From Dactylosporangium sp. (lineage in GTDB: Bacteria > Actinomycetota > Actinomycetes > Mycobacteriales > Micromonosporaceae), in NCBI GenBank assembly GCA_013041765.1, contig JABDRL010000167.1, positions 706 to 64,705 on the forward strand: 64,000 nt of DNA. Reading direction: 5' to 3'. Positions 37,188-47,983 of the stretch are shown here, piece after piece. Position 1 is the stretch's first letter. Each line of letters starts with the position of its first letter. The position numbers and the translations under genes are program-made. The notes beneath the pieces are model-generated. The model was not told the origin of the DNA. It saw only the letters and a program-made list of their open reading frames with translations, and did no database searches.

Positions 37188-38647
37188 GGAGCCGCCGGCA
37201 TACAGGGCCGCAACGTCTCCCGGGCCGCGGGGATCACCGCTCGCGCGGCCCGGGAGACCCGGCCGCTGACGACGGCGAACCAGACCGTTACCGCGGCGTA
37301 CCCGAGGGCAACGGCCGTCATCACCGCCGGTGCTCTGCCGGTGTCCGGCATGGCGAGTGCCCCGGCGTAGGTGCCAACCACGAAGCAGAGGTTGAACAGG
37401 GTGTCGTTGATGCTGAACGCCCTCCCCCGGTACTCGTCGGCGCACTCGTGCTGAAGCGCGGTGTCCACGACGATTTTGGTCCCCTGCGAGGCCAGGGCGA
37501 CCCAGCCGACCGCGATCGGCAGCAGCGTGGAGCTCGCGGGCAGACCGAACGTCGCGACGACGACCCCGGTGACGGCGAGGAGCAGCGTGATCCAGCGTCG
37601 CCCGCCGATCCTCCGGGCGATGGCCGGGGTGATGAGTGCCGCGACGAGGATGCCGATGCCGCCGGTGACGAATGCCCCGCCAATGCCGCTGACGGAGCCT
37701 CCGAGGTCACCGTCTTCGGCGAAGGCATAGCGATACCGCAACGTCACGGCAAGGGCCAGCACGCCGTAGAAGACGCGGTGGACCGACTGGGCAGCCAGGG
37801 GATACAGGGCCGGCGGTCGCCGGGCCAGGTGCCGGAAACCGTTCGCCGTCTGCCGCCCGACCTCGGCGACCGCGCCGCGCAGGGTCGTGGAATGGCGGTG
37901 CCTCACGTCCGGGCCCAGCTCCGTCGGGTTGTACGACCAGCGGGTCACCGCTGCGGAGAGGGCATACCCCAGGGGCGCCAGCACGGCGACGGAAGCGTAG
38001 CCGTGGAAGGTCGCTGGCAGCCCGAGCAGCACCAGCAGCGCGACGCCGCCCAGCCCCGCCGAGAAGACGATGGAGCCCAGGGTGTTGGCGAACGCATTGG
38101 CCGTCACCAGCTGGCGGTCCTCGACGACGTGCGGAAGGGCCGCCGAGACGGCGGCCAGGAACAACCGGCCGAGGCCGATGACCAGCAGGGTCATGAAGAG
38201 GAACGGAATGCCCTGAGCCCCGGTCCAGATCAGCGCGATCACCGGGATCGCCAGCACCGCCCGCAAGAGGTTGGCCAGCACGATGACCGTTCTGCGGCTC
38301 CACCGGTCCAGGAACACCCCGAGGTAGGGGCCGATCAGGGAGTACGGCAGGAGTATCACCGCGAACGCCGCCGCGATGGCCAGGGGGCTCGCCGCCTGCT
38401 CGGGGTTGAACAGCACGCTGCCCGCCAGCCCCGCTTGAAAGAGCCCATCGGCCAGCTGTGCGGCCAGCCGTCCGGCCAACAGCCGGCGGAACCCCCGCTG
38501 CCGGAGAACCGTGACAAGATTGTGCCGGCGTCCGGGGACCCGGTCGCCGTCCGCGACAGGACTACGGCGGCAGCCGGGGTGCGAACTCACATCGTCAGTG
38601 TCGGTCGCCCCCAAGCGCTGCTGAGCGTTCCGGGTGTTGCTGGCCAA
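37157..38647 (-). CDS. MFS transporter
   Basis: About 12 hydrophobic segments. ..LRQRGFRRLLAGRLAAQLADGLFQAGL.. and ..FLDRWSRR.. are MFS-like loop motifs. The start is not resolved. Confidence 0.75.
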   Translation of the reverse strand: MASNTRNAQQRLGATDTDDVSSHPGCRRSPVADGDRVPGRRHNLVTVLRQRGFRRLLAGRLAAQLADGLFQAGLAGSVLFNPEQAASPLAIAAAFAVILLPYSLIGPYLGVFLDRWSRRTVIVLANLLRAVLAIPVIALIWTGAQGIPFLFMTLLVIGLGRLFLAAVSAALPHVVEDRQLVTANAFANTLGSIVFSAGLGGVALLVLLGLPATFHGYASVAVLAPLGYALSAAVTRWSYNPTELGPDVRHRHSTTLRGAVAEVGRQTANGFRHLARRPPALYPLAAQSVHRVFYGVLALAVTLRYRYAFAEDGDLGGSVSGIGGAFVTGGIGILVAALITPAIARRIGGRRWITLLLAVTGVVVATFGLPASSTLLPIAVGWVALASQGTKIVVDTALQHECADEYRGRAFSINDTLFNLCFVVGTYAGALAMPDTGRAPAVMTAVALGYAAVTVWFAVVSGRVSRAARAVIPAARETLRPCMPAAPHESRWASAR

Positions 38648-38695
38648 CCGTCGTCCATCCCTTCGGCGAAGCCGGGCGACGTCTGCGGTCAGCGG

Positions 38696-39373
38696 CTAGC
38701 CACTGACCGCACGGGCGATCGCCTTGAGCAGCGTGCTCACCGGGGCAAACCAGTTCTTCACCCCGAAGAGGGCCCGAATGCCGCCAACGGTGATCAGGGA
38801 GCCGGCACTGCCACCGAGAATGAGTAGCGCCAGGATCGCATAGTTGCGGATGGTCTTCCTGACTGGTCTGGGGCGGGTGACCCCGGATGGGGGAAGCCGG
38901 AGCGGTGGTGCCTGCTGACCCGGTGGTGGTTGCTCCCGCCGGTCTGGGGTTTCTGGGCGACGCTGGGCGGGAATGTGCGGTCGGCGGCGGATGGCCGGTT
39001 CCGCCCGACGCTGTAGGGGAATAGTGGTTTCGACGGCTTGATGTTGCAGACTGCGGAGCCGTGCCCGGGCCGCGTCGCTGGGCAGCGTCTCTGCCCCACC
39101 GGACCAACCAAGAAGCTGCAAGCGAATCGACGGCTGCGGATGGGTTCGTTCGAATGCCCGGATTTCATCGACAGTTACCTCGTCGGTGAGGTAGCCCCAG
39201 CGGCCGGCCTCTGCGGTATCGCCGACGGTCCGGTGGATTTCCGCCAGGAGCCGGTAGATCTCGATATTGTTGGTGCTGGTCGCCAGCATGGTTCGAAGTC
39301 GCCGCACGGCGGCTCGCGGGTGTCCTGCTGCCAAATCCCTGTGGACTCGAGCAAGCGCCCGGGCGTGTGTCAT
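38696..39373 (-). CDS. Conserved hypothetical protein (DUF6584-like helical N-terminal domain, Pro-rich linker, C-terminal TM)
   Basis: MTHARALARVHRDLAAGHPRAAVRRLRTMLATSTNNIEIYRLLAEIHRTVGDTAEAGRWGYL.. resembles a family I recall from Streptomyces. The C-terminal helix is NYAILALLILGGSAGSLITVGGI. The ORF opens at 39595 and the start is uncertain. Confidence 0.5.
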   Translation of the reverse strand: MTHARALARVHRDLAAGHPRAAVRRLRTMLATSTNNIEIYRLLAEIHRTVGDTAEAGRWGYLTDEVTVDEIRAFERTHPQPSIRLQLLGWSGGAETLPSDAARARLRSLQHQAVETTIPLQRRAEPAIRRRPHIPAQRRPETPDRREQPPPGQQAPPLRLPPSGVTRPRPVRKTIRNYAILALLILGGSAGSLITVGGIRALFGVKNWFAPVSTLLKAIARAVSG

Positions 39374-39630
39374 GGGGGGATACTTCCATGCCCGCGCCAG
39401 CTGTCCAGACCGCAAGTGCTCCGAGTAGGCACGGTCATCCTCGCCACCCACGGTTCCCAACCTTGCGTACCCAACCCGACAGTCCTTGTCGGTGAGCCGG
39501 AGGGCCGTCGGTGCCGGTCCGGTGTCAGCCAACCTGATGACAGACCGCCCGCTTGTGGCGGGAGTCGGACTGTGTTGATCCGGCTCCCACCACAAGCGCC
39601 CCCGAGCCTCGTGGCCCCGTTGGCGTCCGG

Positions 39631-40710
<1,080 letters not shown>

Positions 40711-40727
40711 CGCGGATGCCTCCTTCT

Positions 40728-41345
40728 TTACTCCTGGAGAGGTGACCGTCTCGGCTGGTCCGAAGACGGTTGGTCGGTGATGTGTGGGATCTGGCCGGAT
40801 CGCTCGCTTGCGATGACTTCCTCCAGCCAACGGACTTCGCGCTCGCAGGCTTCCAACCCGTGGCGCTGGAGTTCGAGGGTGTACGCGTCGAGCCGTTCGG
40901 CGGCCCGCGCGAGCACCTCCCGCAGGCCCTCTCGGCGCTCCTCGACTCGCCGGCGGCGCCCTTCGAGGATCCTCAGCCTGGTCGCCCGGTCGGTGCGGGC
41001 GAAGAATGCGAAGTGCACGCCGAAGCCGGCTTCGCTGTCGTACGTCTCCGGACCAGCCCTGTTGAGCAGCTCCTGGAAACGCTCCTTTCCCTCTGCTGTG
41101 ATCTTGTAGACCACACGGCCCCGGCGCCCGGTCAGGAGTGGGGGCTCGTCGCCCGGGGCCGCCGTGGCCGGTTCGTCGCCCTCGGAGATCAATCTGGCGG
41201 TCTGGAGCCGGCGTAGGGTCGGATACAGCGAGCCGTAGCTGATAGCGGCTCGAAATGTTCCGAGTTTGGTGGTGATCTGCTTGCGGATCTCGTAGCCATG
41301 CATCGGGGATTCGTGCAGCAGGCCGAGGATCGCGAACTCGAGCAT
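40728..41345 (-). CDS. PadR-family transcriptional regulator
   Basis: [53 protein letters not shown] (winged HTH of the PadR family). It lies 17 bp upstream of ino1 on the same strand. Confidence 0.9.
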   Translation of the reverse strand: MLEFAILGLLHESPMHGYEIRKQITTKLGTFRAAISYGSLYPTLRRLQTARLISEGDEPATAAPGDEPPLLTGRRGRVVYKITAEGKERFQELLNRAGPETYDSEAGFGVHFAFFARTDRATRLRILEGRRRRVEERREGLREVLARAAERLDAYTLELQRHGLEACEREVRWLEEVIASERSGQIPHITDQPSSDQPRRSPLQE

Positions 41346-41360
41346 GCCCCACCTCCCACC

Positions 41361-41381
41361 GATGTATCGAGCCGATACATC
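41361..41381. promoter_or_regulatory. Candidate PadR operator (perfect inverted repeat)
   Basis: GATGTATCG-agc-CGATACATC has perfect 9-bp arms and contains ATGT..ACAT half-sites. It lies 16 bp upstream of the padR ATG. Confidence 0.5.
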
Positions 41382-41581
41382 AGCTAACCGTAATCGTGGG
41401 GGTGGCAGCCCGCAATCTGCCGGCCTTCACCGGGGTCGCTTGGCTGCCAGATGCTCGCCGTTCGGGTGCTCGTGGGTATCCGTTTGGGTGGGGTTCACCA
41501 TCTGGATCCGGACGTTGATGGAGAGATTACGCAGCGTGATGCATGTCGCCGTACCCGCCGGGACCGCGTAGGCTCGGTTTC

Positions 41582-42037
41582 ATGCGTACCCAGCGACAGG
41601 TCGTCGACTACGGGCTTCGTCGACGTGTGCTGTTGCGTGAGGTTTACTCCGGGACGATCGGTCCCGCTGAGGTGTGCGACGCCTCCCCATATCTGCGGAG
41701 TGCAGCGAAATTCCATGGTGAACCGACTGATGATCTTTGTCCGGTCTGCCATCACGAGCACCTGGCCCATGTGCATTACATTTATGGAGACGAGCTGAAG
41801 CAGTCTGCCGGCCAGGCCCGCAGTGTGGTGGAACTGGGCGTGCTGGCGATGACGCTGCGTGAGTTTCAGGTCTTCGTGGTCGAAGTGTGCCGCGGTTGCG
41901 GATGGAATTTGCTCATAGAGCAATATGTGCTGGGGCGCGATGGACTCGCCCGAGACGCCACGGATGATGGCCAAGCTCACAGCTGGAGGACGTCGGCAGA
42001 TGGAATGTCGACGTATTCGACAAGGTGGGACGAATGA
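41582..42037 (+). CDS. DUF5318-type protein (Cys4 cluster)
   Basis: MRTQRQVVDYGLRRRVLLREVYSGTIGPAEVCDASPYLRSAAKFHGEPTDDLCPVCHHE..FVVEVCRGCGWN.. Its position between padR and the PBP matches Streptomyces. Confidence 0.7.
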   Translation: MRTQRQVVDYGLRRRVLLREVYSGTIGPAEVCDASPYLRSAAKFHGEPTDDLCPVCHHEHLAHVHYIYGDELKQSAGQARSVVELGVLAMTLREFQVFVVEVCRGCGWNLLIEQYVLGRDGLARDATDDGQAHSWRTSADGMSTYSTRWDE

Positions 42038-44493
42038 GCTACGACCAGACTGGTTCTTCGCATGGCCGCGCTCAGGTGCCTGGGCCTAACGACGCGATGG
42101 GACGTCCTGCGGGCCGGGCATCGGTAGGACGCGGGTTCCCCGGCCAGCCGGATCCCGCGGTTGGTGGAAGGGCACCCGTCTCCGGCGCCCCCGGGATCGT
42201 CGGGCGGGCGTCGGTCGGGCGGGCGTCGGCGCCCGGCTCTCCGCGGGCCTCGCGGCGGGGAGGTAGTGCCCACGGCGACGACCGGGCCAAGGCCCGTCGT
42301 CGCCGGGCCAAGCGTCGCAACATCATCATCGCCGGCACCGCGGTCATCCTGATGCTCGCCGGCCTGGGCCTGGTCGGTATGACCTACTACATCGACGATG
42401 TGGAGCTGCCGGAGAACCTCGACACCAATCTCAAACAGTCGACGGTGATCACGTATGCCGACGGCTCGCCCATGGCCCAGCTGGGCGACCAGAGCCGCAC
42501 GATCGTCACGATCGATCAGGTCTCGAAGCCGGCCCAGCACGCCGTCGTCGCCGCGGAGGACACGACCTTCTACAAGAACGACGGGGTCGACTACAAGGGC
42601 ATCCTCCGGGCCGCGGTGAACAACTTCACCGGCGGGGAACGCCAGGGTGCCTCGACCATCACCCAGCAGTACGCCCGGCAGATCGCCGACCTCAAGGAGA
42701 TCAGCTACGCCCGGAAGATCCGGGAGGCTGTGCTCGCTGTCAAGATCAAGCAGAAGTACACCAATGACAAGATCTTGGAGATGTACCTCAACACGGTCTA
42801 CTTCGGTCGATCGGCCTACGGCATCGAGGCGGCCTCGCAGGCGTACTTCGCCAAGTCGGCCAAGGACCTGACCGCGGCGGAGGGGATGATTCTGGCGGGA
42901 GTCATCAAGCAGCCAGAAGGTAACGGCGGCAGCCCGTATGACCCCACCGTCAACGAGCAGATGGCCAAGGACCGGTTCGAGTACATCAAGGGCAACATGG
43001 TCAAGCTGGAATTCGTTCCCGAGGCCGAGGCCGCGGCCATGGAGTATCCGACCAACGTCGTTCCGTACGACCCCAAGAACGCGCAGCTGCGGGCGCAGTG
43101 GGGCATCGACTCGCCGACCGGGCTCATCGTGCACCACGTGATGGACGAGATCACGCAGATCGTGGTGCCCGGGGCCGCCGCGGACGGCGAGAAGCGCTAC
43201 CCGGCCGACCAGATCCGCAACGCCGGCCTGAAGATCGTAACGACGATCGACAAGGACATGCAGGGCCACGCCCAGGCCGCGGCCGACCCCAGCGGTGACT
43301 TCTTCAAGAGCCTGAAGTTCAAGAACCCGGACAAGCTCCAGGCAGCCCTGGTCGCGGTCGAGCCGGTGACGGGCAAGGTCAAGGCGTACTACGGGGGCCC
43401 CACCGGCAGCGGCACCGACTATGCCGGCATCTTCCGGGACCCGGTCCTTGGCAGCGGGGAATGGAGCCAGGGCGGGATGCACCCCCCCGGATCGACCATG
43501 AAGGTCTATACCCTCGCCGCGGGGCTGATGTCCGACTACAGCATCGAATCGATCTGGGACGCGTCCAAGAAAGCCGATCTCAGCCAGTGGCGCACCGGAC
43601 CGCCCGTGCAGAACGCCGGCGGTCTGGACCCGACAAGCTGCAAGCAGGGCGCGCGGGCCTGCACGCTCGAAGAATCCACCGTGAAGTCCCTCAACATTCC
43701 GTTCTACGCCCTGACGGGGATGGTCGGCCCGCACAAGGTCGTCGAGCTGGCACACAACGCCGGCATCCGGTACATGACCGATACGAACAACAAGGTCATC
43801 GACCTGGAAACCATCGACGTCACGAACAAGGACGAGGTCAGAAACCACTTCAACTATGAGGTTGGCTTCGGCCAGTATCCGATCTCTCCGCTGGAGCACG
43901 CCGCCGGTATCGCCACCATCGCGGCTCGGGGGCAGTCGGCCCCGACCCACTTCATCCACGAAATCTACAGAAACGGCAAGTCCAAGCCGGAGTGGGACGG
44001 GAACGTGAAGGCCGTGCAGGTCGAGGGCCTGAACACGGCGATGACCGACAACATGAGCTATGTGCTCAAGCAGGTCGTGTCCGGCTATGGCCTCAAGATC
44101 TCCGGCAGGGAAACCGCCGGCAAGAGCGGCACCTGGCAGAAGGGCCAAACCAGCGACAACGCCCACGCCTGGTTCGTCGGATACACCGCTCGGGACAGCG
44201 GAAAGAAGATCAACGGCCTGGCCTCGGCCGTCTGGCTGGGCAGCAAGGGCGAAGAGGAAGCCCTGAAGTTCAGCAGCGGGAAAAGCATCATCGGCGGCAA
44301 GGGCGGCGGGCCGATCTGGCAGGAGTTCATGAAGAACGCGACGAAGGAACTGCCAAAGGCCAAGTTCAGCGGCCGGAAGTACATCGGATCGATCGATGTG
44401 GGTAACGGCGTCGAGCAACAATCGCCCTGGCCCGGAGACGATGAGAATACGTCTCCGGGGACCACCCAGGTTCCCGGCCGCCGCAACGGCTGA
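42025..44493 (+). CDS. Class A penicillin-binding protein (transglycosylase plus transpeptidase)
   Basis: GT51 motifs are present (..AVVAAEDTTFYKNDGVDYKGILRA.., GASTITQQYAR, ..KILEMYLNTVYFGR). The transpeptidase motif STMK (..PGSTMKVYT..) and KSGT (..AGKSGTW..) are also present. The N-terminus is cytoplasmic and Arg/Gly-rich, followed by a TM helix. Confidence 0.92.
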   Translation: MGRMSYDQTGSSHGRAQVPGPNDAMGRPAGRASVGRGFPGQPDPAVGGRAPVSGAPGIVGRASVGRASAPGSPRASRRGGSAHGDDRAKARRRRAKRRNIIIAGTAVILMLAGLGLVGMTYYIDDVELPENLDTNLKQSTVITYADGSPMAQLGDQSRTIVTIDQVSKPAQHAVVAAEDTTFYKNDGVDYKGILRAAVNNFTGGERQGASTITQQYARQIADLKEISYARKIREAVLAVKIKQKYTNDKILEMYLNTVYFGRSAYGIEAASQAYFAKSAKDLTAAEGMILAGVIKQPEGNGGSPYDPTVNEQMAKDRFEYIKGNMVKLEFVPEAEAAAMEYPTNVVPYDPKNAQLRAQWGIDSPTGLIVHHVMDEITQIVVPGAAADGEKRYPADQIRNAGLKIVTTIDKDMQGHAQAAADPSGDFFKSLKFKNPDKLQAALVAVEPVTGKVKAYYGGPTGSGTDYAGIFRDPVLGSGEWSQGGMHPPGSTMKVYTLAAGLMSDYSIESIWDASKKADLSQWRTGPPVQNAGGLDPTSCKQGARACTLEESTVKSLNIPFYALTGMVGPHKVVELAHNAGIRYMTDTNNKVIDLETIDVTNKDEVRNHFNYEVGFGQYPISPLEHAAGIATIAARGQSAPTHFIHEIYRNGKSKPEWDGNVKAVQVEGLNTAMTDNMSYVLKQVVSGYGLKISGRETAGKSGTWQKGQTSDNAHAWFVGYTARDSGKKINGLASAVWLGSKGEEEALKFSSGKSIIGGKGGGPIWQEFMKNATKELPKAKFSGRKYIGSIDVGNGVEQQSPWPGDDENTSPGTTQVPGRRNG

Positions 44494-44522
44494 TCCACAG
44501 TGATCCGGGGTACGGTGGCGCA

Positions 44523-45974
44523 ATGCTGTCCGCTACCCCGGAATCGACTGACGAACCGGCTCGCAGCGACGCCTTCGTCGGAGGCCTTTCCGAGGCCGTC
44601 GGGGGGCCACCCGGCGAGCACGCGGCGCGGCCCATCGCCACCTGTGGTCGTTTCTGGAATGTCACAAGGATCGTTCTCGCCCTGACCTGCCTCATGCTGT
44701 CACTGCACTGGGTGCAGAAATCGCCCTGCCGCGACGGGGGCTGGACCGATCTGAGCCAGTACAAATACTTCTGCTACACCGACGTGCTGGCGCTCTACTA
44801 CGCAGAGGGCCTCAGCGAGGGCGCCGTGCCCTACGCGGACCATCCGGTCGAGTACCCGGTGCTGACCGGCGCGCTCCTCGGCGCGATCGGGCTGCCGGTG
44901 CACGCCTACGGCGAGCGGAACTCCATGGTCAACCAGGGACAGCTCTTCTACGACCTCAACGCGGTGGTGCTGGCTGCTCTGGGCGTGGCGACGGTGGGCG
45001 TGATCCTGGCCGTCCGGCGACGACGACCGTGGGACGCCGCCATGTTCGCCCTGTCCCCCGCGCTGTTCGTGTCCGCGACGGTCAACTGGGATCTGCTGGC
45101 GGTCGCGTTGATGGCGCTGGGCATGCTGGCCTGGGCCAGACGCCATCCGGCGGCCGCCGGCGTGCTGCTCGGGCTCGGCATCTCGGCGAAGCTGTATCCG
45201 CTGTTGATTTTTGGTCCGATGCTGCTGCTGTCCCTGCGAGCACGGCGAGTGGGCGCCTGGCTGATCGCGGCGGGGGCTGCCACCGCGACCTGGGCCGCGA
45301 TCAATCTTCCTGTGGCCGTGAACTGGCACGACAACTGGCGGACGTTCTTCACGTTCAACAGCGAACGCGGCATCGACTGGGGCACCCTGTGGTACATCGG
45401 TGAGCACTTCCCCGTCGGCGATGGTGGGTACGGCATCCCCTGGTTCGCCAGCCTGAACGCCGCTCCGGAGCATGCAACCCTCAACGCCCTGTACCTGGCG
45501 CTGTTCCTGCTGGCCTGTATCGGCATCGCCGTGTTGACCTTCACAGCGCCCCGCAAGCCCCGCCTGGCTCAGCTCACCTTCCTGGTCGTCGCGGCGTTCC
45601 TGCTGGTCGGCAAGGTCTGGTCGCAGCAGTACGTGCTCTGGCTGCTGCCGCTGGTCGTCCTCGCCCGACCGCGGTGGGGCGCGTTTCTCGCCTGGCAGAT
45701 CGCCGAGGTCGGCTATTTCCTGGCCTTCTACGGCGAGCTGATGGGCGCCTCCGGCCGCGAGGTCTTCCCGGAATGGGTGTTCGTGCTGGCGGCCATCCTG
45801 CGGTGGGCGACCGTGGCACTCCTGGCGGGGCTGGTCGTGCGGGACATTCTGCGGCCGGAACTCGATGCGGTGCGCTGGACCTATGCGGATGACCCCGACG
45901 GCGGTGTGCTCGACGGCGAACCCGCCACGGTCCCCGTCGCCGAGCGAGAGGGTGCCCGCCCGATCCTGGCGTGA
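44523..45974 (+). CDS. Polytopic membrane protein, GT87/DUF2029-like glycosyltransferase
   Basis: ..KSPCRDGGWTDLSQYKYFCYTDVLALYYAEGLSEGAVPYADHPVEYPVLTG.. is followed by about 9 further TM segments. The family call is made from memory of this N-terminal loop motif. Confidence 0.6.
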   Translation: MLSATPESTDEPARSDAFVGGLSEAVGGPPGEHAARPIATCGRFWNVTRIVLALTCLMLSLHWVQKSPCRDGGWTDLSQYKYFCYTDVLALYYAEGLSEGAVPYADHPVEYPVLTGALLGAIGLPVHAYGERNSMVNQGQLFYDLNAVVLAALGVATVGVILAVRRRRPWDAAMFALSPALFVSATVNWDLLAVALMALGMLAWARRHPAAAGVLLGLGISAKLYPLLIFGPMLLLSLRARRVGAWLIAAGAATATWAAINLPVAVNWHDNWRTFFTFNSERGIDWGTLWYIGEHFPVGDGGYGIPWFASLNAAPEHATLNALYLALFLLACIGIAVLTFTAPRKPRLAQLTFLVVAAFLLVGKVWSQQYVLWLLPLVVLARPRWGAFLAWQIAEVGYFLAFYGELMGASGREVFPEWVFVLAAILRWATVALLAGLVVRDILRPELDAVRWTYADDPDGGVLDGEPATVPVAEREGARPILA

Positions 45975-45997
45975 AGCGCCGACCTGGTCTGGTGGGA

Positions 45998-47983
45998 TCA
46001 GGGAAGCGTGAACACGAGGACGTCGGAGGTTTCCCGGACAACGGTGAGCCCGTAGCTCGCGATCAGGTACTCGTCGAGCTGACCCAACGCGGTGACGTAG
46101 CCGGCCCTTGCCGCCGGCTCCCGGAGCACCACGACCGTGCGTACCCCGAGATCCTGGAAGGCGTCGATACTGTCGGCGGTGGGAAAGGACGGGGCGAGGG
46201 CCCGTGCCCGGACCAGGCTTTCCGGAAGATCCTCGCTGGTGCCGTTGACTACCGCCGGAAACTCCCCGACGCTCCACAACATGATCGCGGCGTCCTCCTC
46301 GGACCCGGTGGGCAGGATCAGCAGCGGCTCCGTGGCCTCGTCCAGGTCCGCCGCCCGCAGGGCCACGGGGACCTCCACCATCGGTGCGGGGTACCTCGGC
46401 AGCCCCTCGACGATGACCAGCACGAGGGGCAGGACGAGCAGCAGGCGCAGACCGGCCCGGGTGAGCGCCCGCGTCCGGGCGCCCCGGAGCCTGTCCCGGC
46501 CGGGCCCCGCAGACGCACGCAGGCGTAGCACCTGCTCGATGCGGGCCAGCCGCTCGGAGCCCAGCGTGCTCCTGCGGGCGAGACCGTCTACCGCTCCGGC
46601 CGCGAGCAGGCACAACAGCAGCGTCGTCCAGACCAGCAGCCGGTTCGGCGCGGCGAGCACATCCCATCCCGGAACCGAGCGGCCCATCGCGCGGAAGCCG
46701 ACCCAGCCCTGCTCCGGTGCGGCCGCCCCCATCGCCAGCAGCGCGCTGAACCCGACCCCGAGAACCAGCAACAGCCGGACGCGTGGCCGCCAGACCGAGA
46801 CGACCAGCCCGGCGAGGGCGAGCGCCAGCAGGAAGAACCCCGGCAGCATCGCGGCGTTGCCGGCACCGACCAGCGCCGCGCGGGCCGAGGCGTGCGCGCC
46901 GCCCCACAGCAGGGACTCCGCCGGCGCGGTGACGAAGCCGAGCAGCGGCGTGGAGGCCTCCGCGAGCACCTCCGACCCCACCGGGGAGGAGATCCGCGTG
47001 GCCAGCGCGGTCATGGCCACCGTCACCCCGGCGGTAGCCGTGATGCCCACCGTCGCGGCCAGGACCACCAGGAACCTCGGACGCGGCCGGGCCCGGCGGA
47101 GCAACCAGCCGGCCAGCATGATGAACACGATGGCCAGCAGCAGGTAGGCGAAGGGCAGCCCAACGTCGACGCCGAGGCTGATCTGCCACGCGGCGACCAG
47201 CCAGCCGAGGAGTACCCATCCGGCGTGCCGGCGTTCGGGACGCCGCCCGGACCGCAGCGACCAGCCGTGGCCGCGGGCCAGCATCGCCAGGGCCAGCGGC
47301 ACTCCACCGACCGCGAGCGCATCTAGCTGGCCGGCCTGGCCAAGCCGCCACGGGGCGTAGGCGAAGGCGACCGCGGCGACGGTCGAAGCCAATCGCCGGG
47401 CCCCCAGCTGGCGGACCAGGGCGTAGCCGCCGAACGCCGCCAGGGCGAAGGCCAGAACGAAGATCAGGTTGTACCGGAGGACCGCGCTGCCGAAACCCGT
47501 ACCGATCATCCCGAACGGCGCGAGCCCGAGGAGCCGGCCGGCCGCGGGGAGGACGCCGCCCTCCGCGGCGAACACGTTCGCCGAGAAGAAGGTGGTGGGA
47601 TCGGTGGTCAAGGAATGCCCCGCCCAGGCCAGCCGCCATGCGTCGGCGGCGGCGTCTGGAACGGCAACGGGAACGGTGCGTTGCGGATGCCGCAGCGCCG
47701 GCCAGGTCATGGCCCCAGCGAGCAGCAGCGTTGCGGCGCCGGCCAGTGTCCATTCATGACTGACGAACCGGACCAGCGCATCCAGGCACCGATCGGCGCC
47801 GCGGACGATCCAGCCGGGCCGCTTGGGCGTCAGCGGGGCGAACGCCCGCCACGGATCCGTGCCGTCGTCGGCCGCCGGCGCGGTCTCCGGCACCTCGTCG
47901 CTCGACCCGGACGTGGTCTCCGGCCGCTGCTCGCGGACCGCCGACGTGGCATCCGCATTGTCGGTGACATCAGTTGTGGACAT
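45998..47983 (-). CDS. Large polytopic membrane protein (function unknown; glycosyltransferase-C-like topology)
   Basis: 661 aa, with an acidic N-terminus, 12 or more hydrophobic segments and a C-terminal soluble domain. Its ATG abuts the nfo stop (TAGATG), suggesting co-transcription. Confidence 0.6.
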   Translation of the reverse strand: MSTTDVTDNADATSAVREQRPETTSGSSDEVPETAPAADDGTDPWRAFAPLTPKRPGWIVRGADRCLDALVRFVSHEWTLAGAATLLLAGAMTWPALRHPQRTVPVAVPDAAADAWRLAWAGHSLTTDPTTFFSANVFAAEGGVLPAAGRLLGLAPFGMIGTGFGSAVLRYNLIFVLAFALAAFGGYALVRQLGARRLASTVAAVAFAYAPWRLGQAGQLDALAVGGVPLALAMLARGHGWSLRSGRRPERRHAGWVLLGWLVAAWQISLGVDVGLPFAYLLLAIVFIMLAGWLLRRARPRPRFLVVLAATVGITATAGVTVAMTALATRISSPVGSEVLAEASTPLLGFVTAPAESLLWGGAHASARAALVGAGNAAMLPGFFLLALALAGLVVSVWRPRVRLLLVLGVGFSALLAMGAAAPEQGWVGFRAMGRSVPGWDVLAAPNRLLVWTTLLLCLLAAGAVDGLARRSTLGSERLARIEQVLRLRASAGPGRDRLRGARTRALTRAGLRLLLVLPLVLVIVEGLPRYPAPMVEVPVALRAADLDEATEPLLILPTGSEEDAAIMLWSVGEFPAVVNGTSEDLPESLVRARALAPSFPTADSIDAFQDLGVRTVVVLREPAARAGYVTALGQLDEYLIASYGLTVVRETSDVLVFTLP

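Noticed and set aside
40711-41352. Upstream extension of ino1 (573-aa ORF)
   Set aside because: ino1 has a strong AAGGAGG-ATG start at 40710 and the canonical [18 protein letters not shown]-terminus. The extension overlaps the real padR gene in another frame.
41977-44523. 848-aa minus-strand ORF
   Set aside because: It is antisense to the class A PBP gene, which carries unmistakable transglycosylase and transpeptidase motifs.
44700-47753. 1017-aa minus-strand ORF
   Set aside because: It runs antisense through the GT87-like gene and out of frame through the 661-aa membrane protein gene. Its composition is a typical GC artefact (Arg/Gly/Pro about half of residues by eye).
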